Part shown: piece by piece, positions 33,315-46,454 of the stretch
Numbering within the stretch: position 1 is the stretch's first letter
How the letters are laid out: each line of letters opens with the position of its first letter
Source: an uncultured Actinomycetes bacterium
GTDB lineage: Bacteria > Actinomycetota > Thermoleophilia > Gaiellales > Gaiellaceae
Direction of reading: 5' to 3'
Assembly (NCBI GenBank): GCA_963719325.1
Contig: CAVRBW010000024.1
Location: 16,968-80,967, forward strand
Length of the DNA stretch: 64,000 nt
Notes under the pieces: generated by a model
Seen by the model: only the letters and a program-made list of their open reading frames with translations
Told to the model about the DNA's origin: nothing
Database searches by the model: none
Made by a program: the position numbers and the translations under genes

Positions 33315-34318
33315 CACGCCTCCGTCCATTGCAGTAGCGCCGACCCCCAAGTCAGTCCCGCCCCCATGCCGGTCATCAGCACGGTGTCCCCACGGTGGAT
33401 TCGCCCTTCCGCGACTGCGTCTGCCAGGGCGAGCGGGATCGACGCAGACGAGGTGTTCCCGTATCGGTCGACGTTCATGACGACGCGGTCCTCCGGGATC
33501 CCGAGTTTGGTAACGGCATGATCGATAATCCTGACATTTGCCTGGTGGGGAACGTAGACATCTACGTCGTCCACCGAAAGATCACATTCTGCAAGCACGT
33601 TCTGCGCAGAGCTGACGAGCACGCGCGTCGCGAACCTGAACACCTGCCGGCCGTTCATATGCACATAGTGCTGGCCGGTGGCGACGGTCTCGGCGCTCGC
33701 CGGCATGCGTGACCCGCCTGCCGGGATCAGCAGATCGACTCCGCCCGCCCCGTCGACTCCGAGCTCGAAGCCGAGAAAGCCGCGCTCCTCGACGCGTTCG
33801 ACGACGACTGCCCCCGCTCCGTCGCCGAAGAGCACGCACGTCGAGCGGTCTGTGAAGTCCATCACCTTGGAGAGCACGTCACCCCCGACGACGAGCGACC
33901 GGCTGACCAAGCCGCTCGAGACCATGCTGAACGCCTGAGCCAAGCCGTACATGAACCCCGTGCAGCCGGCCGCGAGGTCGAATGCGCCGGCCTCGCCGGC
34001 GCCTAGCTGGTCGGCGAGAATCGCCGCCGTCGACGGAAACGCCATGTCGGGCGTAACCGTCGCGACGATGATCAGGTCGAGATCGCTCCCCCGCATCCCG
34101 GCCCGCTCGAGCGCTGACCGCGAAGCGGGCAGCGCAAGTTCCGAGAGCGCTTCGCCAGGCGCGGCAAACCGCCGCTCGCGAATCCCGGTGCGCGCTCGAA
34201 TCCACTCGTCCGAGGTGTCGACCATCTGGGCGAGTTCCTCGTTCGTGACTACCCGCTCCGGCACATGGCAACCCAGGCCGGTAATCGACACGGAGACTCC
34301 GTTTGCTCTTCCGATCAT
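33314..34318 (-). CDS. fabH: 3-oxoacyl-ACP synthase III
   Basis: TSDEWIRARTGIRERR, active-site AAGCTGF, HQANVRI, and GNTSSASIP. Confidence 0.9.
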   Translation of the reverse strand: MIGRANGVSVSITGLGCHVPERVVTNEELAQMVDTSDEWIRARTGIRERRFAAPGEALSELALPASRSALERAGMRGSDLDLIIVATVTPDMAFPSTAAILADQLGAGEAGAFDLAAGCTGFMYGLAQAFSMVSSGLVSRSLVVGGDVLSKVMDFTDRSTCVLFGDGAGAVVVERVEERGFLGFELGVDGAGGVDLLIPAGGSRMPASAETVATGQHYVHMNGRQVFRFATRVLVSSAQNVLAECDLSVDDVDVYVPHQANVRIIDHAVTKLGIPEDRVVMNVDRYGNTSSASIPLALADAVAEGRIHRGDTVLMTGMGAGLTWGSALLQWTEA

Positions 34319-34758
34319 GCGGCCGCCGTCGCGAACGTCAGCGTGCCCCGAACCGCCAGGTCGTCGCCGACGCGAGCGACCGCCTTGCCCTTGCCGATCG
34401 GTCCGCGTGCGGTCTCGAGCTCGCAGAAGAGCGTGAGCTCGTCACCGGGCTCGACGAGCCGCTTGAAACGAACGCCGTCGATGCCGGCGAACAGGGCGAG
34501 CTTGCCGCGGTTCTCCTCGAGCGAGAGCGCCGCGATCGCGCCTGCCTGTGCCAGCGCCTCGACCATGATCACACCGGGCATGATCGGACGGCCCGGGAAG
34601 TGACCCGGAAAGAACCACTCGTCTCCGCGAACGTGCTTGCGGGCGACCACGCGTGCGCCGGGCTCGAGCTCGAGCACCTCGTCGAGGAAGAGAAACGGGT
34701 CGCGGTGGGGAATGATCGTCTCGATCACGTCTCGCCCGAACGGCGCAGCGAGGGTCAC
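34315..34758 (-). CDS. fabZ: 3-hydroxyacyl-ACP dehydratase
   Basis: IPHRDPFLFLD, FFPGHFPGRPIMPGV, EALAQ. GTG start overlaps the sigma-factor stop (GTGA). About 147 aa. Confidence 0.85.
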   Translation of the reverse strand: MTLAAPFGRDVIETIIPHRDPFLFLDEVLELEPGARVVARKHVRGDEWFFPGHFPGRPIMPGVIMVEALAQAGAIAALSLEENRGKLALFAGIDGVRFKRLVEPGDELTLFCELETARGPIGKGKAVARVGDDLAVRGTLTFATAAA

Positions 34759-35354
34759 CCTGCGAGTCGATCTCGAAGGGACCGGCGCGCGCGGTGCGCG
34801 TAGCACTTGGCCGTTCCGACCGGGATGCCTGCAGTCGAGGCGATCTCTGGGAACGACCACTCGAACGCATCCTTGAGCACGACCACGCGTGCCTGTTGCG
34901 TGGAGAGCGTGCCGAGCCGGGACGAGAGCTCCGAGCGCAATTCGGACAGCTCGAGGGCCCGGACCGGATCTCCGTCCGCGGCAACACGGCGATCCTCGAG
35001 GAGCGGCTCGAACCGCCGCGACCGCTGTCTCGTCGCCACGTCGTGGCACGTGTTCACCACGAGTCGGTGAAGCCACGTCGAGAACTGCGCCTCCCCCCGA
35101 AACTGCCGGATCCGAACACACAGCTTCGCCAGCGAGTCCTGGGCCGCGTCCCGCGCGTCCTCGGAGTCGGCCAGGAGATGGGACGCGAGACGCTCGACCC
35201 GCGGAGCGTGCCGTTCACAAAGCGCCGCCAGCGCGTCGGGGTCTCCGTTCTTCGCTCTCGTCACCAGGATCGGGTCGCTCAGCTTCGCGTATTCGAGCGG
35301 CCGTGCCGGCCGCAACTCGATCTTCTGACGGCGTGCGCGCCCAAGCGGTTGCAC
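34755..35354 (-). CDS. ECF-type sigma-70 family RNA polymerase sigma factor
   Basis: 199 aa. Region 2 is DAAQDSLAKL...FRGEAQFSTWLHRLVVN. Region 4 HTH is LKDAFEWSFPEIASTAGIPVGTAKCYAHRARRSL. Confidence 0.8.
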   Translation of the reverse strand: MQPLGRARRQKIELRPARPLEYAKLSDPILVTRAKNGDPDALAALCERHAPRVERLASHLLADSEDARDAAQDSLAKLCVRIRQFRGEAQFSTWLHRLVVNTCHDVATRQRSRRFEPLLEDRRVAADGDPVRALELSELRSELSSRLGTLSTQQARVVVLKDAFEWSFPEIASTAGIPVGTAKCYAHRARRSLRDRLAG

Positions 35355-35375
35355 CCTGCGAGTCTAGTCGGGCGG

Positions 35376-37271
35376 TCAGCGCTGAACCGTGAACGCAACG
35401 GCGTGGCGCGTCTCGCCAAACGGGCCCCTGGCGAGCGCCACCGCCTCGTAGGCGCCGTCGAGCGCAGGGCCGGCGGGCGCCGATCCGTCCCAGGAGACTT
35501 GGCCCGCGCCCGCCGGCAGCTGACCGGCGAAGACGGTCGCGACCACCGTCCCGGCCTGCTCGATCTGAACCGTGACGTCGGCCGGTGCCGCGAGCGCGAA
35601 CCCGATCCCGAGCAGGTCGTCGGTACCGTCGCCGTTGGGCGTCAGCGCGACCGTCGACAGCGTCAGCCCGGACAGCGTCCGGTCGATGGAGAGTGACGCC
35701 GTCGCCTGCGCCGACCGGCCGTCCTGTCCGGCGGCGGCGACCGTCAACACGTACGCACCGTCCGGAAGGCCTTCCGCCGCATACGGGAAGGATTGGCGCC
35801 GAGCGGATTGCAGCTGATCCGCAAACAGGGTGGCAACCACGGCGCCGCTCGCATCGGTCACCGTCGCCGTCACAGCCGCTTTCGTCGACAGCGTGTACGA
35901 GATCGTCGTCGCGTCGGCGATTCCGTCGCCGTCGGGAGAGAGCACCGCAGGATCGACGACGAGCCCGGAGAGGAGCGCGGCCGGTGGCGGAATCGGAGCC
36001 GCCGAATCGATTGTTCCCTGCGCAGGCCGAGTCTCCGAACCGGCTTCGATCGTCCACGTGTAGGAGCCCGGCGCAACGCCGGTCGAGCTCCACGTCCACG
36101 TAACCGCCCGGCCGCTGCCCGCTCCCCGTGCGACCACCTGACCGGACGAGCTTCGTACGCTCACCGTCCAGGCGTGCGCGGCAGAGAGCCGCGCGGTGAA
36201 CGCGACCGGCCCGCCGAGCGACCCCCGAACCTGCGGCGCATACAACTTCGGCAGCCCGATCGACGCCGCCTCACGGGCCAGATCGGGCAACCTCGCATAC
36301 AGGGACGCCCCCGGACAGCTCGTAAAGCCCGTGTCTCGATGGCCGGAGATCGCGCGCAGACGCGCCGGAGTTCCGCGCGAGAACTTCGCGTTTCCGCCGG
36401 ACGTCCACGTAACGAGTCCGAGCGGGTCGACGTGCGCGACGTCGAGCCGCCAGGCAAGCAGCTTCGCGAGCGCATGCTGGGCAGCCGGCGAGATCGGCGC
36501 CGAGGAGTAGTTCCCGATCACCGCCACGCCCACCGAGCCGGTGTTGAAGCCCTCCGCGTGCGCCCCGATCACATTCCGATCGATCCCACCGGCACGCCCT
36601 TCGAAGACCTGGCCGTACCGATCGACGAGAAAGTTGTAGCCGATGTCGTTCCAGCCGTTTCCACGCACGTGGTAGAGCTCGATCCCGCGTACGATCGCGG
36701 CCGACGCTCCGGGACCGTAGTTCGCCGAGCCGGCCGTGTGATGGACGACGGCGAAGGACACCGCCTTCGCATAGCGCGGGCGGCCCCGCAGGATCTCCTC
36801 GTCGGCCCTCCACCCCGTGCGCGAGACGATTTGCGGGGCCGCAGCCGCTGCCGTCGTCCGCACCGGCCCGGCGCCGACCGGGCTCCATACGTACCAGACC
36901 CTGACCCTATGTACGTCCCCGATCAGCCGGTACCCGATCCGGTCCGACGGCCCAACCCAGTACGGATTGCCGAGCCGCCACCCTCGGCGCGTGCGGGCTT
37001 CGGCCGTCCGCGTGTCGGGCAGATCCTCGGCCTCGGGGGCGACCTGCCGCCATGCACTCCAGCGCCCGACCCGGCTGCGGGTGCGGAAGAGGACGCGGCC
37101 CGAGCCCTGCCAGTGGAATCCGACCAGATCGAAGCGCGCCGGCGAGGTCGCCGCAGCCGTCGTGCGCGTAACGCCGATCGGGAGGTCCTGCGAGACGATG
37201 GTCGCGTCGCCCGCCCGGGCTACCCCGGGGAGCGCAACGAGCAGGAACAGGGCGACGCGGAGCATTCTCAT
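35376..37271 (-). CDS. secreted N-acetylmuramoyl-L-alanine amidase (Amidase_2/PGRP domain) with two C-terminal FlgD-Ig-like repeats
   Basis: Signal peptide MRMLRVALFLLVALPGVARA. Amidase_2 pattern VVHHTAG...WNDIGYNFLVDRYGQVFEGR...GAHAEGFN. Repeats contain SPDGDGIAD and TPNGDGTDD. Confidence 0.8.
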   Translation of the reverse strand: MRMLRVALFLLVALPGVARAGDATIVSQDLPIGVTRTTAAATSPARFDLVGFHWQGSGRVLFRTRSRVGRWSAWRQVAPEAEDLPDTRTAEARTRRGWRLGNPYWVGPSDRIGYRLIGDVHRVRVWYVWSPVGAGPVRTTAAAAAPQIVSRTGWRADEEILRGRPRYAKAVSFAVVHHTAGSANYGPGASAAIVRGIELYHVRGNGWNDIGYNFLVDRYGQVFEGRAGGIDRNVIGAHAEGFNTGSVGVAVIGNYSSAPISPAAQHALAKLLAWRLDVAHVDPLGLVTWTSGGNAKFSRGTPARLRAISGHRDTGFTSCPGASLYARLPDLAREAASIGLPKLYAPQVRGSLGGPVAFTARLSAAHAWTVSVRSSSGQVVARGAGSGRAVTWTWSSTGVAPGSYTWTIEAGSETRPAQGTIDSAAPIPPPAALLSGLVVDPAVLSPDGDGIADATTISYTLSTKAAVTATVTDASGAVVATLFADQLQSARRQSFPYAAEGLPDGAYVLTVAAAGQDGRSAQATASLSIDRTLSGLTLSTVALTPNGDGTDDLLGIGFALAAPADVTVQIEQAGTVVATVFAGQLPAGAGQVSWDGSAPAGPALDGAYEAVALARGPFGETRHAVAFTVQR

Positions 37272-37341
37272 CCTCGAGTCCTCGGCAAGTGTGCCCACCC
37301 GCTCAGGCGTCGGCCTGAGCATTGATAGAATCCTTACGACT

Positions 37342-38646
37342 GTGAAACCCGCTCTCCTGCGGGCCTTTCTCGCCTCGCTGGCCGTGATCGCAGCGATCCT
37401 CTCTATTGGGGGATCTGCCTCGGCGGCAGCGCCGCGCGTCCTCGTCGTTCAGTTCGACAACGACATCAACCCGGTGACGGCCGACTTTCTGAACGACGAG
37501 ATCAATCGCGCGAACAAGGGCAACTACGCGGCAATCGTGATCGAGTTCGACACGCCAGGCGGGCTCGTCGACTCGATGAACAAGATCGTGAAGAAGGAGC
37601 TCGGCTCGAAGGTTCCCGTGATCGTCTACATCGCTCCGGAAGGAGCAGGCGCGGGCTCGGCGGGGGTCTTCATCTCCGAGGCGGCGGACGTCCTGGCGAT
37701 GGCGCCGCAGACGACCATCGGCGCGGCGACCCCGATCACCGGCAGCGGCAACTTGCCGTCAGACCTGCGCCGAAAGGAGATCAACTTCTACGCCAGCAAG
37801 GCGAGGAGCCTCGCGGCGACGCACGGACGGAACGGGACGTGGGCAGACGCCGCCGTTCGCCGAGCGTCGAGCCGAACCGCAAACGAGGCGGTGAGCCAGA
37901 ACATTGCCGACCTCCAGGCCTTGACGCTCCCCGAGTTGCTGACGAAGATCGACGGCCGCAAGACGATTCCGAAGGGCCTGGTCCTGCACACAGCGGGCGC
38001 GGAGATCACCACCGTGAAGATGGGGTTCTGGAAACGCCTGCTCGACACGCTGATCGACCCGAACCTGATCGCGTTGATGCTGACGCTCGGCGTCCTCGGA
38101 ATCATCGTCGAGCTCTGGCACCCGGGCCTGATCTTCCCCGCGACGTTCGGCGTCCTCTGCCTGGCGATCGCGTTCTTCGGCCTCGACGTCCTGCCGATCA
38201 GCTGGGCAGGCCTGCTGCTCATCGCCGCGGCTTTTGTGTTCTGGATCGTCGAACTCTTCATCGCGTTCAGCCATGGTGCGTTGACCGTCGCAGGCGCAGC
38301 CTGCTTCGTCTTCGGCTCGCTGCTTCTGTTCGAACCGGCCGGTTCCGGCTACCAAGTCTCCCTCTCGCTCTCGTTGAGCGTCGCCGGCGTGGTCTCGCTC
38401 TTCTTCGCCTTCGCGCTCGCGAAGGTGGTGCAGATCCGCCGTCGGCCGGCCTCGGTGGGGACGCACATGATCATCGGCGCCCACGGCCAGGTCCGGCGCG
38501 ACGGCCTCGTCGCCGTCCGGGGCGAGCTCTGGCAGGCTCGCGACGAGGACGGGGGAGACCTCGAGCTCGGGGAAGAGATCGAGGTTGTGCGAGTCGAGGG
38601 CCTCTCTCTGGTCGTCCGCCAGGTCCAGACCCCCGCGCACGTCTAG
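37342..38646 (+). CDS. NfeD-family membrane-bound ClpP-class serine protease
   Basis: From GTG 37342: signal/TM, then IEFDTPGGLVDSM, GAGSAGVFI, several TM helices, and a C-terminal OB-like NfeD tail (GELWQARDEDG). Confidence 0.8.
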   Translation: MKPALLRAFLASLAVIAAILSIGGSASAAAPRVLVVQFDNDINPVTADFLNDEINRANKGNYAAIVIEFDTPGGLVDSMNKIVKKELGSKVPVIVYIAPEGAGAGSAGVFISEAADVLAMAPQTTIGAATPITGSGNLPSDLRRKEINFYASKARSLAATHGRNGTWADAAVRRASSRTANEAVSQNIADLQALTLPELLTKIDGRKTIPKGLVLHTAGAEITTVKMGFWKRLLDTLIDPNLIALMLTLGVLGIIVELWHPGLIFPATFGVLCLAIAFFGLDVLPISWAGLLLIAAAFVFWIVELFIAFSHGALTVAGAACFVFGSLLLFEPAGSGYQVSLSLSLSVAGVVSLFFAFALAKVVQIRRRPASVGTHMIIGAHGQVRRDGLVAVRGELWQARDEDGGDLELGEEIEVVRVEGLSLVVRQVQTPAHV

Positions 38647-38811
38647 ATGGTTGACCGGCAATTCCTCGCTACGCGGCTGGTGGCTGAGACGCGGCGCCGG
38701 CTGGCGCCGCCCGCCCTCACCCGTATTCCCGATACGACCTCGGACGAGCGGCGTCTCCGGCTTGGTCTCAGCCATCTCCGCGTCAGCGTCAATTACCGAT
38801 CAACCATCTAG
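38643..38811. repeat. long-range inverted repeat spanning the nfeD-stomatin spacer
   Basis: CTAGATGGTTGA(C)CGG at 38643-38658 pairs with CCG(A)TCAACCATCTAG at 38796-38811 (15 of 16). Nested second pair: GGCTGAGAC (~38681) and GTCTCAGCC (~38765). Confidence 0.6.
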
Positions 38812-38823
38812 GATGGGAGCACC

Positions 38824-39609
38824 GTGACTGCAGCCGTCGTCGTCATCGTCGTCGTCGTCGTCCTCCTCCTCCTGTTCACGCTGGCCGCCGTGAAGGTGGC
38901 GCGGGAGTACGAACGCGGAATCGTCTTTCGTCTCGGGCGGCTCCTCCCGGCACCGAAAGGCCCTGGTCTCTTCCTGCTGATCCCGATCATCGACCGGATG
39001 GTGAAGGTCGATCTGCGGACGATCACGCTGAACATCCCGCCGCAGGAGGTGATCACGAAGGACAACGTCCCCGCGCGGGTGAACGCGGTCGCCTACTTCC
39101 GGATCGTCGACCCGAACGCGGCGATCGTCCAGATCGAGAACTTCATGGTCGCGACCTCGCAGATCGCCCAGACGACGCTTCGTTCGGTGCTCGGGCAGCA
39201 CCTGCTGGACGAGCTGCTCTCGGAGCGCGACAAGATCAACACGATTCTTCAGGGGATCATCGACGAGGCGACCTCGCCCTGGGGGATCAAGGTCTCGATC
39301 GTCGAGGTCAAGGATGTCGAGATCCCGTCCGGGATGCAGCGGGCGATGGCCCGGCAGGCCGAAGCCGAGCGCGAGCGCCGCGCGAAGGTGATCAACGCGG
39401 AGGGCGAGTACCAGGCTTCCGAGCGGTTGAAGGACGCGGCGCTCGTGATCGAGGAGCATCCGATCGCGCTCCAGCTCCGCTACCTGCAGACGCTGCTCGA
39501 GCTCGGTTCCTCGCAGGCGACGACGATCGTCTTCCCGGCGCCGATCGACCTGATCACGCCGTTCCTCGAGCGCGCCACCAAGCCGGGTTCGAACACCGCG
39601 AGCTCGTAG
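38824..39609 (+). CDS. SPFH/band-7 (stomatin-like) protein
   Basis: N-terminal TM, then [13 protein letters not shown]..., [10 protein letters not shown], and a coiled [20 protein letters not shown] segment. Forms the classic NfeD-stomatin gene pair. Confidence 0.85.
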   Translation: MTAAVVVIVVVVVLLLLFTLAAVKVAREYERGIVFRLGRLLPAPKGPGLFLLIPIIDRMVKVDLRTITLNIPPQEVITKDNVPARVNAVAYFRIVDPNAAIVQIENFMVATSQIAQTTLRSVLGQHLLDELLSERDKINTILQGIIDEATSPWGIKVSIVEVKDVEIPSGMQRAMARQAEAERERRAKVINAEGEYQASERLKDAALVIEEHPIALQLRYLQTLLELGSSQATTIVFPAPIDLITPFLERATKPGSNTASS

Positions 39610-39694
39610 CCGCCCTTCGCGGTTCCCCGGATGCGTGGGATGCGTGAAGAGGTGGCAGCTTCTTTCGGCTCTCGGGGCGCTGCGCGCGGCCGCC

Positions 39695-39797
39695 GGAGCC
39701 GGGCCTTGCCCGGCGGGAGGCTTGCTGCGGCAGGAGGATCGCTGCGACGGAGGAGGGGGTTCGTGGGGGAACCATGGGTTCCCCCACGCTGAGGCGC
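39695..39797 (+). repeat. palindrome-terminated dispersed repeat, copy b
   Basis: GTGGGGGAACCATGGGTTCCCCCAC at 39763-39787, preceded by GGAGGAGGGGGTTC, TTGCCCGGCGGGAGG and GGAGCCGGGCC. Confidence 0.8.
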
Positions 39798-40646
39798 GAC
39801 CCGCTCTCGGGTCGACTCGTCGCGATCGCCCCCGGCCGCGCAAGCCGTCCGGGGACGGCAGACGCCGCGCTGATCGAGCCGGCGGCCGAGGGCGAGTTGG
39901 AGGAGTGCCCGTTTTGCGCCGGGCACGAGGAGCGCACGCCTCCCGAGGTCCTGCGGATCGGCGACCCCTGGCAAGTGCGAGTCGTCCCGAATCTGTATCC
40001 GGCGGTCGAGCGCCAGGAGGTGGTCATCCATTCGCCTCGCCACGTGCGCTCGTTTGCCGAGTTGACCGACGGCGAGGTCGAGGCGGTCGCGAGCGCCTGG
40101 CACCAGCTTGCCACTCGAGCTGCCGGAACCGAGTGGACCTATCTCCACGTCCTGATCAACGAGGGACGGGCGGCCGGCAGCAGCCTGCCGCACTCGCATT
40201 CGCAGGTCGTGTATCTCCGGGAGCCGCCGCCGGCCGCGACCGCCGAACGTCACGGTCCCGGGTGTCCGGTCTGCGAGGTCGTGGCCGCCGCCCGGCCCGG
40301 CCTGGAGCTCGCCCAGGACAACGGGGCAGTTGCGGTCGTGCACCCCGCCGGACGGCTGCCGTACGAAGCTCTGATCGCCGGCCCGCACCCGGATCTCGAC
40401 CTCGCCGCCGCTCTACGGATTCTCCGAGGCTGCGTGCGGGCTCTGCAAACGATCGAAGGACCTGTGGCCTGGAACACCTGGCTGCACAACGCCTGGCAAG
40501 GGCTCGACCACCCCGACGTCCACCCGCACATCGAGTGGGTGCCGCGATTGACGGTGATGGCCGGCCTGGAGCTCGGAGCCGAGATCTACGTCAACACGCT
40601 GCCGCCGGAAGAAGCCGCTGCGCGACTCCGCAACGCCTGGAGCTAG
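39774..40646 (+). CDS. GalT-like (HIT superfamily) hexose-1-phosphate nucleotidyltransferase
   Basis: RRDPLSGRLVAIAPGRASRP, CPFCAGHE, and catalytic SLPHSHSQV. The ATG sits in the centre of palindromic repeat copy b. Confidence 0.7.
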   Translation: MGSPTLRRDPLSGRLVAIAPGRASRPGTADAALIEPAAEGELEECPFCAGHEERTPPEVLRIGDPWQVRVVPNLYPAVERQEVVIHSPRHVRSFAELTDGEVEAVASAWHQLATRAAGTEWTYLHVLINEGRAAGSSLPHSHSQVVYLREPPPAATAERHGPGCPVCEVVAAARPGLELAQDNGAVAVVHPAGRLPYEALIAGPHPDLDLAAALRILRGCVRALQTIEGPVAWNTWLHNAWQGLDHPDVHPHIEWVPRLTVMAGLELGAEIYVNTLPPEEAAARLRNAWS

Positions 40647-40999
40647 GACGACCGGACGCGAGCGCCGTTCTGCTCGCGAAATCGGCGGGCAGCGTCGATC
40701 GCCGCGCCCAGGTTCAGCCCTTTGTCCTTCGCCTGCTTGATCAGCATCACCGTCTCGACCGCGTCCATGTCGTAGATGCGCTGCTTCTTGCCCTTGGTGG
40801 GGATCTGCGCCTTGTTCGTCCAGTAGTCGAGCTGCATCTTCGAGATCCCGGCGACCTGGCAAACCTGGCCGAGGTAGAGCTCGACCTTGTCGAGATGGTC
40901 CGCCAGGTTTATCGGTTCCAGGAAATCGACGTGTCCGCCGAACGCCATATTGGGCACCTTTTCCGACGACTCCTTGGTCAGCATGTGCGGTTCTATCAC
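40643..40999 (-). CDS. small MerR-like HTH protein
   Basis: 118-aa ORF. The putative HTH YLGQVCQVAGISKMQLDYWTNKAQIP resembles a MerR-type N-terminal domain. Alternative ATG start at 40948. Lies immediately downstream of gyrA on the same strand. Confidence 0.5.
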   Translation of the reverse strand: MIEPHMLTKESSEKVPNMAFGGHVDFLEPINLADHLDKVELYLGQVCQVAGISKMQLDYWTNKAQIPTKGKKQRIYDMDAVETVMLIKQAKDKGLNLGAAIDAARRFREQNGARVRSS

Positions 41000-41032
41000 C
41001 CCTGCTGACTCTTGTGAAGAGCGGAGAAAGCG

Positions 41033-45968
<4,936 letters not shown>

Positions 45969-45992
45969 CTATTGCGGCCACTCGTAAGTCTA

Positions 45993-46454
45993 TCAGAACG
46001 GCCTGTCGGAGCGGCCCGCCGACAGGCTCAGCGCAGCGGCCCGCGCGATGCGCTCGCGGAGCTCGACGTCGGCGATGCTCCCGGTCAGTTCGGCCGCCGT
46101 TTGCAGGGCTTCTGGCGTCGGCTCCGGAACCTCGGCGGGCGCCTCCTCGGCCGAAGCCGGCGCGGCCTCCGGTAGGTGACCGACAGAAAAACGAAGCGCT
46201 TTCGGCGCGTTTGCGCCGAGCGTTTCCCGCAGACGCTCCAGGACGTTCGAGGCGAGCTGCGTCAACTCGAACGCCCACGCGGACGACGAGGTGTTCACGA
46301 GCAGCGTTCCATCACGAGAGATCCGCGCCGGCCACGCGTTCGCGGCGACCATCTCGCCGACTGCCGCGGGCCACGCCGCCACGAGCTCCGGCATACCGCC
46401 TTGCGCCCCGAAGCGCGCAAGCTCGGCTCGAACCGCGCTCGTCAGCCGCTCCAT
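45993..46454 (-). CDS. DUF721 domain protein (DciA-like) in the conserved recF-gyrB slot
   Basis: 153 aa. WPAAVGEMVAANAWPARISRDGTLLVNTSSSAWAFEL fits the DUF721 pattern. Its position between recF and gyrB matches the mycobacterial DciA locus. Confidence 0.65.
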   Translation of the reverse strand: MERLTSAVRAELARFGAQGGMPELVAAWPAAVGEMVAANAWPARISRDGTLLVNTSSSAWAFELTQLASNVLERLRETLGANAPKALRFSVGHLPEAAPASAEEAPAEVPEPTPEALQTAAELTGSIADVELRERIARAAALSLSAGRSDRPF

